A DNA stretch of 64,000 bases from Azolla caroliniana. Lineage: Eukaryota > Plantae > Polypodiophyta. Of the stretch, positions 11,791 through 22,150 are shown one piece after another. The notes beneath the pieces were generated by a model. That model saw only the letters and a program-made list of their open reading frames with translations, did no database searches and was not told where the DNA came from. The translations under genes and the position numbers were made by a program. The stretch lies in assembly GCA_043228905.1 (NCBI GenBank), contig JBHGNT010000012.1, positions 19,778,001 to 19,842,000 of the forward strand, in the 5' to 3' direction. Position 1 is the first letter of the stretch; each line of letters opens with the position of its first letter.

Positions 11791-14322
11791 AAATTCATAG
11801 ACTATTGTTAAAATAGTGTGGTGTCCCTTGGATGCAAGTGCATGCCTTCATGTTGGGTGTGCATGTGTTCCTTTGTGCCCCTTTTAGCATACCCGTGTTT
11901 AGCATGCATGTCTTCATGCTATGGTGTACAGGTGTTCCATTGAGCCACCCTTTTAGCATACCCTTGTTAGGACGCATGTAGCTAAGTAAAGACAACTCAA
12001 ATGGGTACCTTTGTACGACTATAAATTGAATAGGAAGTAAGAAGCTAAGCAAGCTGGTTTGGATTCCATTTATGTGCATTTCACAATAGCATCAAAACTT
12101 TTAGAAAGTGGCAAATATATAGTAATAAAATCTAAGGAAATAGATTGCCAAGTTCGTTTAGGAATTGGTAAAGTATGCAATAATCCATCAAGGTGATAGC
12201 GAGGTATCTTTGTGTGACATCAAGTGTCACATGTGCGAACATAATCTCACACAATATTATGGATCCAAGGCCACTAAAATGATTGATTAACTAATTCTAA
12301 TGTTTTATGGATCTAGCAATGTCCAACCATGTAAGTATCATGATAAAGCTCTAAAACTTTGAGATGTGTAGACCCGTCTGGGACATATAAAAGTCCATTG
12401 TAGTATAATATTCCACCATGTCACTCGAACTTCTTATAATCTATATGAAGTTCTGCCAAGAGTTGTGCTCTAGCATGTGAAGATTAGTGTGCTAAATCTA
12501 GAATAGACACAACCGGCTCAGCTGGATAGCAACAAAAACATAGAGAATCAATGGAGAACACATAGAGAATACAAAGTACTCAGGAGAGACAATGAGAGAG
12601 CAAAACATAGAAAACTCAATTTCGAAATAACACTCTGTACAGTCAAATGTGCTCCGAGAGCACTTTTTATACAAGTTCATAAAGGATTGACTGAAGTACT
12701 GGCAAGTACTTCAATGCTCATAACTGAGCTATTGACAATAACTCCTAGGAATATAACTTCCTAGTAATCTAGGATTGTAGGCCTCTAACAACCTACCGGC
12801 TCCACGTAGATTCGCCTCACCGATCTGGGCCTAGCCAGAATTGGCGCTTCTTGACCTGTCGGCTCCTCCATGTCGGCGTTGACTTCAGCTTCCCTCTGGT
12901 CCGCTCGACCTTCATGTGATTCGGCTCATTTGAATCAAATTACTCAACCGAATCGACTGTCTCCGATTCGTCCTCCTTCAGGCCCTTAACCACGTCCAAC
13001 CATGTCTTGGTCCTAGCCTTATTCCTTCGGTCAGTTGTGTCCTTGTTGACTGAGCTGCCTTTGCCACTTGCATCGGCTCTTCCGGATGTGTCGACTTCTT
13101 TAGTCGATTCGTCATCTTCTTCGGCTTCCTCCTATTGCTCTCCTCCACATGTTCTCCCCTTCAAGTGCAACACGTCGAGATATTGTAACCCAAGCATTTC
13201 CAAAAAATGTTGCAACTTGTCCAATCCAAGCACCTTCGTGAAGATGTCCGCAATCTGCCGATCGGTTCGAACATATCTAAGTTCGACTTCACTGCTCAGG
13301 ACCCGCTCACGGATAAAGTGATAATGCACTTCTATGTGCTTTGTGCGAGCATGGAAAACAGGGTTCTTGGCCAATGGCATACTACTGATATTGTCGTAGT
13401 AGATCGAAATCGGAGTGGGAACTTTGATCCGTAAGTCTTGCAACAGCCACCGGAGCCATATAACCTCAAATTTGCGACGATGGCACCACGATACTTAGCT
13501 TCGATGCTTGACAAGGTCACTATCGGTTGCTTCTTGCTACTCCAAGCTAGAACCATGCTCCCAAGAGAAAACATGAAACTTGATGTCGACTGTCAATCTG
13601 TCGCATCTTTGGCCCAATTAGCATCAGTATAGCCGACTAGCTTTTTGGCTATATCGTGTCGGTAAAGAAGTCCTTGATCCTTCGTGCCACTAACATATCG
13701 CAATATCTAATGCATGCACTGAAGATGTTCGATAGTTGGTCTTTATATGAACCGACTAATCACACCGACCGGATAGCTAAGGTCGGGTCGGGTGATGGTT
13801 AGATATATGAGGCTTCCGACGATTTGTCGGAACCATTTCTCATCGCAGGCCGCTCTCGAGTCAGGACGTAGCTTTAGGTTTTTGTTGACAAGAGTGGAGG
13901 TGGATCGACAATCCGTCATGCCGAATTTGTACAACATATTCAACACATAATGTCAATGGGATAACAATATGTTGTCGGGGGTGTGGATCACTTCAATCCC
14001 GAGGAAGTAGTGAAGGTCCCCCAGGTCCATCTCGAATGCGTCCAACAACTTGGACTTTACTCGACCGATTTCAGCAAGGTTAGGTTTGGTGGCGACCAAG
14101 TCGTCTACATACAACAGAATGCACACCGGACCTTTCAAACCTTTCTGAATGAACAAAGAAGAGTTAGATTTGGAGGCCGCAAACCCTGTCATGATAACAG
14201 TCACATCATGCATCGAAAGGATCATGACACTCACATTATGACTCGAAAGGATTTGAACCCACGACCTTGTTGTACACATGTCAAATCCTTAACCATTGTA
14301 TTAATATTCTTATATGTATAGT

Positions 14323-14508
14323 CTCTAGAATATGAAATCTAATATCATAGGAATATTCTATATTACTCTACATTCTAGAATGACCTAGAATATTCTAGAG
14401 TGTTCTATACCACTAGAACCTTCTAGAATACTCTAGAGATCTTCTAGATTACTCTACATTCTAGGATAACCTAGAATATTCTAGAGAGTTCTCTATTACT
14501 TATAAATA
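14323..14508 (+). promoter_or_regulatory. LTR U3 heat-shock-element-like array plus TATA box (repeated in the 3' LTR)
   Basis: Many nGAAn/nTTCn pentamers, including perfect aGAAccTTCtaGAAt at 14415-14429; TATAAATA at 14501. Confidence 0.65.
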
Positions 14509-14745
14509 GGGATCTACCACCCATCCCAAACCTAAATTGGTTCAACGCCATTTTGTAGCCTACTCTTTGTAATCCATTTTACGCTTCAATATAATAATTC
14601 TCTTTCAATTATCTCTCTATCTCTTTTTCTCTCTCTTTCTCTCTCTCAGTCTTGACAGTTTGAACCAATTTTCTTCCTTTCATCTCTTCGTCTTCCACAA
14701 ACCCTAACAAGTTCTCTTCTTCCTTCTCCTCTCCCCTCATAAGCT

Positions 14746-15870
14746 ATGGAGTCCGTGAGCAAACAAGAATACATGCGTGTTCTTTCTGAGCTCGACATGC
14801 TCACGAATAAATTTGTGGCATTAGAGCATGAGAATCAAAGGCTACTTGGAGATCTACAACACGTGAGCGCCGAAAAAGCTCAACAATATGAAGAGTTATC
14901 ACAGCGGGTTCATCAACTTGAGGCGACTATATTGTCATTACGAGAGCAAGCGTCGGGGGCTCAGAACTCCCCTAGAGAGCCAAAGATCAGCCTCCCAGCC
15001 AAGTTTGATGGTACGAGGTCTTTATTTCGAGGCTTTTTGAATCAAGTTCGTTTAGTTATTCAGCTACATCCCAATCGGTATCCAACTGATGCTGCTCGTG
15101 TGGGATTAGTGGGAACTTTGCTATGCGGTACGGCGTTAGCATGGTTCGCACCACTTCTCGAGAAGAAATCACCATTGCTGGAGGATTTCGAGGCCTTTGT
15201 TAAAGAGTTTCAAGCTAGTTTCGGAGACACCGACAGCACTAGGACAGCGATAAACAAGATTCGAAGGCTCCGACAAGGAGATCGTCCCGCGTCATCTTAT
15301 GCAGCCGATTTCCGTCTCTTGGCATGCGATATCCCTTGGGATGAGGCAGCTTTAATGGATCAATTCCGTCAAGGTTTGAGAAATGATGTCAAAGATCTTC
15401 TTCTTACTTTCCCTGAAGATCCGAAGTCACTTACAGAAGCCATTAGTCGAGCTGTGCGATGTGATAATCGCCTATTTGAGCGACGTTCTGAGCGCCAACA
15501 AATGTTACGCCGCCAACCTGAACAGACTTACGCTTCCGTAGTCGCAACGCCTCCACAAGTTTCTAGACCCATTACAAGGGATGGCCCAACTCCGATGGAA
15601 ATAGAGTCAACACAACGTCGTGGGCCGTTATCAGATGCTGAGAAGCAACGACGTCGAGCGCATCGCCTCTGCCTGTATTGTGGTGGTCCAGGACATATAG
15701 CTGTAAATTGTCCACATAAACCTAGGCGTCAAGTATACCAAGTAAGTGCCCATGAAAACCCTACATCGAGTTCTATTGTTACTTCTAATAACATAAATAA
15801 GCCCCATAGTCCATGTCATGAGAATAGATTCGATGTCTTGAGTCAATTAGAGGATGTGTTAAACGAGTAA
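14746..15870 (+). CDS. gag: Gag polyprotein
   Basis: 374 aa; PKISLPAKFDG gag domain; CLYCGGPGHIAVNC zinc knuckle. Confidence 0.95.
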   Translation: MESVSKQEYMRVLSELDMLTNKFVALEHENQRLLGDLQHVSAEKAQQYEELSQRVHQLEATILSLREQASGAQNSPREPKISLPAKFDGTRSLFRGFLNQVRLVIQLHPNRYPTDAARVGLVGTLLCGTALAWFAPLLEKKSPLLEDFEAFVKEFQASFGDTDSTRTAINKIRRLRQGDRPASSYAADFRLLACDIPWDEAALMDQFRQGLRNDVKDLLLTFPEDPKSLTEAISRAVRCDNRLFERRSERQQMLRRQPEQTYASVVATPPQVSRPITRDGPTPMEIESTQRRGPLSDAEKQRRRAHRLCLYCGGPGHIAVNCPHKPRRQVYQVSAHENPTSSSIVTSNNINKPHSPCHENRFDVLSQLEDVLNE

Positions 15871-15910
15871 GTCCGGCCAAAATAGGAGCCATTTGGCTGG
15901 ACCATCCTAG
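15858..15910 (+). promoter_or_regulatory. Putative -1 programmed ribosomal frameshift signal
   Basis: G_TTA_AAC heptamer, 6-nt spacer, 11-bp stem GTCCGGCCAAA/TTTGGCTGGAC; conserved in the paralog (2282-2326, minus strand). Confidence 0.75.
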
Positions 15911-18900
15911 CTATGTAGAGTTAGTTCCTAGTCGTGGTTCCATTTCATCAAATCAAGTGAGTCGAGTTTTTTCAGCACAAGTCGAGCTTACCACATCTAC
16001 ATGTCATCGAGTCCTAGCCTCTGCCCTTCTAGATTCTGGAGCCAACTCTTGTTTCATGGATCGTGAATTTGCCTTGTCACAAAACATCCTCTTGAATAAG
16101 CTTCCCAACCCAGTAGCCGTAGGAGTCATCGATGGACGTCCCATAGCATCAGGAGATATAGTCGAGGAGTCCGAGCCAATTAGGATAGTTCTTGGCAATT
16201 TGGCAAGCATAATCTCTTTCAATATTATTCGTAGTCCGGACCACCCAATAGTTCTAGGTCTCCCCTGGTTTGAACTCCATAACCCGAAGATTGATTGGAT
16301 GAAAAGAACAATTGAGGAGACTCGGGAAAAAAGCACAAATCCCACATCCCTCTCTCCTACATGTGCTAATAGATCCCCGGAGTTATCGCCCATCTCTTTA
16401 CGACAGTTGCGGGAGGAAGGGGGGAACGAGGCCATGTTCGTCTTCGCGATAGTAGCAACTCCATCATCCACTTCACGTGACGCGGATATTAAACTACCAG
16501 AGAAATACAAGGAGTTTTCAGATGTCTTTGATAAGGTGAAGGCCAATACATTGCCGGAGCATCGGCCATACGACTGCCCTATTGACTTACAACCAGGGAA
16601 AGAACCTCCATGGGGCCCAATTTATAATCTCTCCCCTGTAGAGCTAGAGACTTTGCGGGAATATATTGATGAGAATCTGGCAAACGGATTCATTCGGCAT
16701 TCTAGATCCCCTGCTGGTGCACCTATCTTCTTCGTTAAGAAGAAGAATGGGACTCTTCGGTTGGTCGTGGATTATCGAGGGCTAAACAAAGTGACTATCC
16801 GAAATAGATATGCTCTACCATTAATCCCGAATCTTTTGGAACGTCTCAGTGGTGCAAAATATTTCACGAAGTTGGACCTTCGCGGAGCATATAATCTAGT
16901 TCGGATTCGCCCGGGGGATGAATGGAAGACAGCTTTCCGCACTCGCTATGGACATTTTGAGTATACAGTGATGCCATTTGGTCTCACGAATGCACCTGCT
17001 GTTTTCCAACATATGGCGAACGATATTTTTCGAGATTTTCTTGATATCTTCACTATAGTTTACCTAGATGATATTTTAATCTACTCAAAGACCCAAGAGG
17101 AGCATGATGCACATGTTCGTCAAGTACTATGCCGACTCCGAGAATATGGTCTCTACGCAAAATTAGAAAAGTGTAGTTTCGGCCAGAATCAAGTGGAATT
17201 TTTGGGGTATGTTGTATCGTCAAATGGTATTGCTATGGACCCCATGAAGGTACATGCAATTTTAGAGTGGCAAACGCCCCTTTCAGTGCGTGATGTGCAA
17301 TGTTTTCTCGGGTTTGCAAATTTTTATCGAAAATTTATTAAAGATTATTCCAAGGTTGTGCTTCCGCTTACTCAGCTCACACATAAAGATCAACCATTTA
17401 TATGGAGTTCAGATGCATCCGAGGCATTCGAAAGCTTAAAACGAGCATTTACAACGGCACCTATCTTAGCACATGTCGACCCAACAAAACGCTTCATCCT
17501 CGAAGCCGATGCATCCGATTTTGCACTAGGGAGTGTCCTCTCGCAGACTGGAGATGATGGACAACTACACCCTGTCGCCTTTCATTCACGAAAGTTTGAA
17601 GCTGCAGAGATCAACTACGAGATCCATGACAAAGAGCTTCTTGCAATCGTGGATTCGTTTCAACAATGGCGACATTTCCTAGAAGGTTCTTCTCAGCAAA
17701 TCATTGTCTACAATGATCATAAGAACCTGACTTATTTCCAAAATGCTCGAGTCTTGAGTCGGCGACAAGCCCGGTGGGCGCAATTTTTGACTCACTTCGA
17801 CTTTATCATCATATATCGCCCTGGGATGCAGCAAGGCAAAGCAGATGCTCTTTCTCGGCGCTCTTATATGGAACTTCGTCCAGGGGAACCTACTTTTGAG
17901 CATCAAAATCAAATCCTTTTGGGTCCTAATCGATTACGATTAATGGTAGTTAACGCCATAACAGCTCGTGAAAATTCCACTCTTCTTGATTCCATTCGAG
18001 ATCATATGGCCACTGATGATTTCGCCAAGGATGTTTTGGATCATATCGTCCCGGATCGTGCTTCTTGCTCACAGTCGAAAAATCCTCGTAATGACTATTG
18101 TGAGTTCTATTGGCATGATGGTTTTCTATTTCGACAAAATTTATTGTATGTTCCTGATGGTCCCCCACGGCTACAAGTTTTGCAACATTGCCATGACTCA
18201 CCAATGGCTGGTCATTTTGGAGTTCACAAGACTCTAGAATTAATTTCTCGACGCTATTGGTGGCCTCGCCTTCGTCATTTTGTTGAGGAGTATGTTCGGA
18301 GTTGTGATATATGTTGTCGATCAAAGAATCCTCGTCACCGACCCTATGGCTTACTACAACCACTTCCCATTCCGGAAACACCTTGGAAGTCTATATCCTT
18401 GGACTTCATTACTGATCTCCCAGTTTCAAAAGGTTTTGATGCAATTCTCACAGTGGTTGATCGATTTACCAAAATGGCACATTTCTTGCCATGTACAAAG
18501 TCGATTACTAGTCAAGAGACGGTTGATCTCGTTATGCGGGAGGTATTTAAGCATCATGGTCTGCCAGATGATATTATTAGTGATCGTGGTCCACAATTCA
18601 TCTCAAAGTTTTGGAAGCACCTGTTCAAACTTCTCCACATTTCAGTTAAGCTTTCTTCGGGCTATCATCCTGAAACAAATGGCCAAACAGAGCGTACCAA
18701 CCAGACATTGGAACAATATCTTCGTTGTTTCATCAACTATCAACAAGATGATTGGGTTGCATTTTTGCACTTGGCGGAATTCGCTTACAACAACTCAGCC
18801 CATTCTTCTACAGGATATTCCCCATTTTTCGCAAATACGGGCTGTCATCCTCGATGGACGATGAATGCGCATCCAGAAGTTCCTACCAACCCTGCTGCCG

Positions 18901-19511
18901 AGGATCGTCTTAGTCGCCTCCAAGAAATTCAAGCTAACATTCTCCACAATTTGCACGATGCTCAATTTACACACAAGAGGCTTGCCGATCGTCATCGTCT
19001 AGACTCCTCAAAAAAGTTCCGCATTGGGGATCATGTATGGCTTCTCCAACACAACATCAAGACCACTCGACCTTGCAGTAAATTGGATTACCAACGTTTT
19101 GGCCCTTACATGATCACTGGTAAGATAAGCGATGTTGCATTTCGTCTTGACCTCCCTCCGCACATGCATCTTCATCCGGTGTTTCATGTATCCCTTTTGG
19201 AAGCTTATACTACAAGTTCAATTCCGGGCCGTCTTACGACACCCCCACCACCTGTCGAGTTCTTGGACGGGCCTGAATTTGAAGTTGCTGCCGTTCTCAA
19301 TTCTAAAATCGTGCGCAACAAGTTGTATTACTTGGTCGATTGGCTAGGCTATACCCCCAATGATCGAACTTGGGAACCTGCCACAAATCTTTCCAATGCT
19401 GCAGAACTCGTCAATGCATTTCATCGCCAATATCCTTGTAAACCAGGTCCTAATACAAACCTTAATACGACCCGTGAGACGTGTCGTCGAAGAAGGGGGA
19501 TAGTGTCATGA
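15858..19511 (+). CDS. pol: Pol polyprotein PR-RT-RH-IN-chromodomain, in the -1 frame relative to gag
   Basis: LLDSGA, YLDD, DASD and integrase HHCC/DDE motifs; C-terminal chromodomain EFEVAAVL...YLVDWLGY...TWEP. The frame is open upstream of 15957 into the end of gag. Confidence 0.95.
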   Translation, partial: VKRVSPAKIGAIWLDHPSYVELVPSRGSISSNQVSRVFSAQVELTTSTCHRVLASALLDSGANSCFMDREFALSQNILLNKLPNPVAVGVIDGRPIASGDIVEESEPIRIVLGNLASIISFNIIRSPDHPIVLGLPWFELHNPKIDWMKRTIEETREKSTNPTSLSPTCANRSPELSPISLRQLREEGGNEAMFVFAIVATPSSTSRDADIKLPEKYKEFSDVFDKVKANTLPEHRPYDCPIDLQPGKEPPWGPIYNLSPVELETLREYIDENLANGFIRHSRSPAGAPIFFVKKKNGTLRLVVDYRGLNKVTIRNRYALPLIPNLLERLSGAKYFTKLDLRGAYNLVRIRPGDEWKTAFRTRYGHFEYTVMPFGLTNAPAVFQHMANDIFRDFLDIFTIVYLDDILIYSKTQEEHDAHVRQVLCRLREYGLYAKLEKCSFGQNQVEFLGYVVSSNGIAMDPMKVHAILEWQTPLSVRDVQCFLGFANFYRKFIKDYSKVVLPLTQLTHKDQPFIWSSDASEAFESLKRAFTTAPILAHVDPTKRFILEADASDFALGSVLSQTGDDGQLHPVAFHSRKFEAAEINYEIHDKELLAIVDSFQQWRHFLEGSSQQIIVYNDHKNLTYFQNARVLSRRQARWAQFLTHFDFIIIYRPGMQQGKADALSRRSYMELRPGEPTFEHQNQILLGPNRLRLMVVNAITARENSTLLDSIRDHMATDDFAKDVLDHIVPDRASCSQSKNPRNDYCEFYWHDGFLFRQNLLYVPDGPPRLQVLQHCHDSPMAGHFGVHKTLELISRRYWWPRLRHFVEEYVRSCDICCRSKNPRHRPYGLLQPLPIPETPWKSISLDFITDLPVSKGFDAILTVVDRFTKMAHFLPCTKSITSQETVDLVMREVFKHHGLPDDIISDRGPQFISKFWKHLFKLLHISVKLSSGYHPETNGQTERTNQTLEQYLRCFINYQQDDWVAFLHLAEFAYNNSAHSSTGYSPFFANTGCHPRWTMNAHPEVPTNPAAEDRLSRLQEIQANILHNLHDAQFTHKRLADRHRLDSSKKFRIGDHVWLLQHNIKTTRPCSKLDYQRFGPYMITGKISDVAFRLDLPPHMHLHPVFHVSLLEAYTTSSIPGRLTTPPPPVEFLDGPEFEVAAVLNSKIVRNKLYYLVDWLGYTPNDRTWEPATNLSNAAELVNAFHRQYPCKPGPNTNLNTTRETCRRRRGIVS

Positions 19512-22150
19512 TAACAGTCACATCATGCATCGAAAGGATCATGACACTCACATTATGACTCGAAAGGATTTGAACCCACGACCTTGTTGTACACATGTCA
19601 AATCCTTAACCATTGTATTAATATTCTTATATGTATAGTCTCTAGAATATGAAATCTAATATCATAGGAATATTCTATATTACTCTACATTCTAGAATGA
19701 CCTAGAATATTCTAGAGTGTTCTATACCACTAGAACCTTCTAGAATACTCTAGAGATCTTCTAGATTACTCTACATTCTAGGATAACCTAGAATATTCTA
19801 GAGAGTTCTCTATTACTTATAAATAGGGATCTACCACCCATCCCAAACCTAAATTGGTTCAACGCCATTTTGTAGCCTACTCTTTGTAATCCATTTTACG
19901 CTTCAATATAATAATTCTCTTTCAATTATCTCTCTATCTCTTTTTCTCTCTCTTTCTCTCTCTCAGTCTTGACAAACCCCATCTTACGCAACTGATGCGT
20001 GATTTTTGAGTTCCAAGCACATGGGTCTTGCTTGAGGCTGTAAAGCGACTTCTTTCGTTGGCATATTGCCGACTTGTTGAGCTCCAACTAAAATCCGAGG
20101 GGTTGGAACATGTATACCTATTCTTCAAGATCTCCTTGAAGAAACACATTCTTCACGTCCATCTGGTGGAGATGCCACCCCCTTGCCGCTGTGATTTCCA
20201 GCAACACACCGACCATTGTCATCTTCGCTATTGGTGCGAAGATCTCGTCGTAGTCAATGTAGTGGGTCTGTGGATATCTTTGGCCACCAATCCGGTCTTG
20301 TATCGGTTGACGGAACCGTCGGCCTTGTATTTCACTTTGTATACCCACTTACATCCGATCAGTTTGTAGTGTCGGGGAAGGTCAACCAAGTCCCATGTGT
20401 AGTTGGCATCAAGTGGTCGTATTTCTTCCTCCATGGCTGATCACCACTTGGCATCCTGCGATGCTTTTCAGGCTCGCAGACTTCTGCCACTTTTTTCATG
20501 TACGCATAATGGTGCGTCGTGTACTCGTTATAACCATACGTGATCACTAGCCTCTTGTGGCAAGTCGATCGGCGTAGCTTTTCATTTGCCGATTTAATGG
20601 CCCTCTTGGCCGCATCTAACCTCAACCCTTGTGGTTCGTCTTCGCTTTGATTGGTGTCGGATTCTCCCAGATCCGATGCACACTTATCCATGTCATACTC
20701 AGACATCTTCATCTTCCCCTTTCCCTTGCGCATATATCGTCTACTCGATTGTTTGTGCGGGGCGATCGAGTCGTCACTACTCACCAGCTCTTCATTCGGT
20801 TGGTCTTCCCGACTCATCTCTTCATTCGGACTATTCAGTCAAAATGAAATTTGACTCTTTTCCAGAGTGCTGAAATCTTCTTCTGCTTCTCAAATCATCT
20901 CGGCTTCACTGGCCTCATCCTCAGTAATTGGGGGGTTGGAGTCGGAAAAGAATACCAGGACGCCGACTTGTCGAACACAACGTCTCAGCTTACTCGAACT
21001 TGTTTGGTCCGAGGGTTATAACACTTATACCCCTTCTATTCCAGTGAGTAGCCGACCAATATGCACTTTTCTGACTCGTGTCCAACTTCTTCCACTTCTC
21101 ACCTGGCACATGCAAATAGGCAATGCTACCGAATACCCTCAGGTGTTTCAAGTTCGGCTTTCGCCTAAAATACAACTCTCTGTCGACACGTTCTCTCCGA
21201 TATGATTCTTGATGTAGATCGTTGTCTGAACCACTTCGGCCCAATAAAACTTGGGCATGCTCTTCTCCTCCAACATTGCCCTTGCCGCTTCAACAATCGA
21301 CCGATTCTTCTGTTCGGCTATGCCGTTTTGCTCCGGCATATATCTGCAGTTAAATTCACGTTGAATTCCTATCTACTATAGATAATAATTGAACTGGCTA
21401 GAAAAGTATTCCTTTCCACCATCCGACCATAGGCACTTGATCTTTCTTCATGTTTCCCTCTCCACTAAGCTTTTTAGGTTCCGGAAACAGTCGATGACTT
21501 CACTCTTCTTTTTGATGAGGTAGATCCAAGTTTGCCGGCTATAGTCGTCGATGAAGGAGACAAAGTATCGACCCCCGCTGAGGCTCACATTTTGTGTCGG
21601 TCCCCATACATCCGAATGTATCAAGTGGAGCTTGTTACAACTTTAATTACGCTCGTTGGGGAATGGAAGTCGGCATTGCTTCCCTGGCAGGCAGGCTTCA
21701 CAAATTTGGGCCTTCCAGCCACTGAATTTTGGCAAATTAAACATAACTTGTTTCATTTGCAATTCTTGAAGCCTTTGGTAGTTGATGTAGCCATCCGCTT
21801 ATGCCACAAGTCGATATCCAATTCGACTTTTTGTCCTTTGGCGAACAATTCGGTAACAACGTCATTTGTGTCGAGGATAAACATCCTCCTCTCCCGATAC
21901 CCTTGCACAATGATGTGGCCTTCCTCTTCGATGAAGCACCCAAGGTGGGCGAATCGGACCTGCATCCCTTGGTCAACGATCTATCCGACCGACACCAAGT
22001 TCTTCGTCATTGTCTGGAGTCGGGATGGGCAATACGTTCATAAGTCTCCTCTTTTGTCCAAGATGACTTAGGGGGACATCACCGATATGTTCGATTGGAT
22101 GCGAGGTGTCGTCACCGATTTCTACAACTCCCGATTGTTCCGGTTTCTCT

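Larger units (their letters stand above)
14187..19974 (+). mobile_element. Intact Ty3/gypsy chromovirus (Tcn1/Tf1-sushi-like), 5788 bp
   Basis: 471-bp LTRs at 14187-14657 and 19504-19974 (TG...CA, no mismatch seen by eye). TSD AACCC on both sides. PPT AGAAGGGGGA at 19491. Uninterrupted gag and pol. Confidence 0.98.

Noticed and set aside
16004-18864. Antisense and alternate-frame ORFs inside pol (180, 143, 194 aa)
   Set aside because: Shadow ORFs of a long coding frame, with no recognisable motifs.
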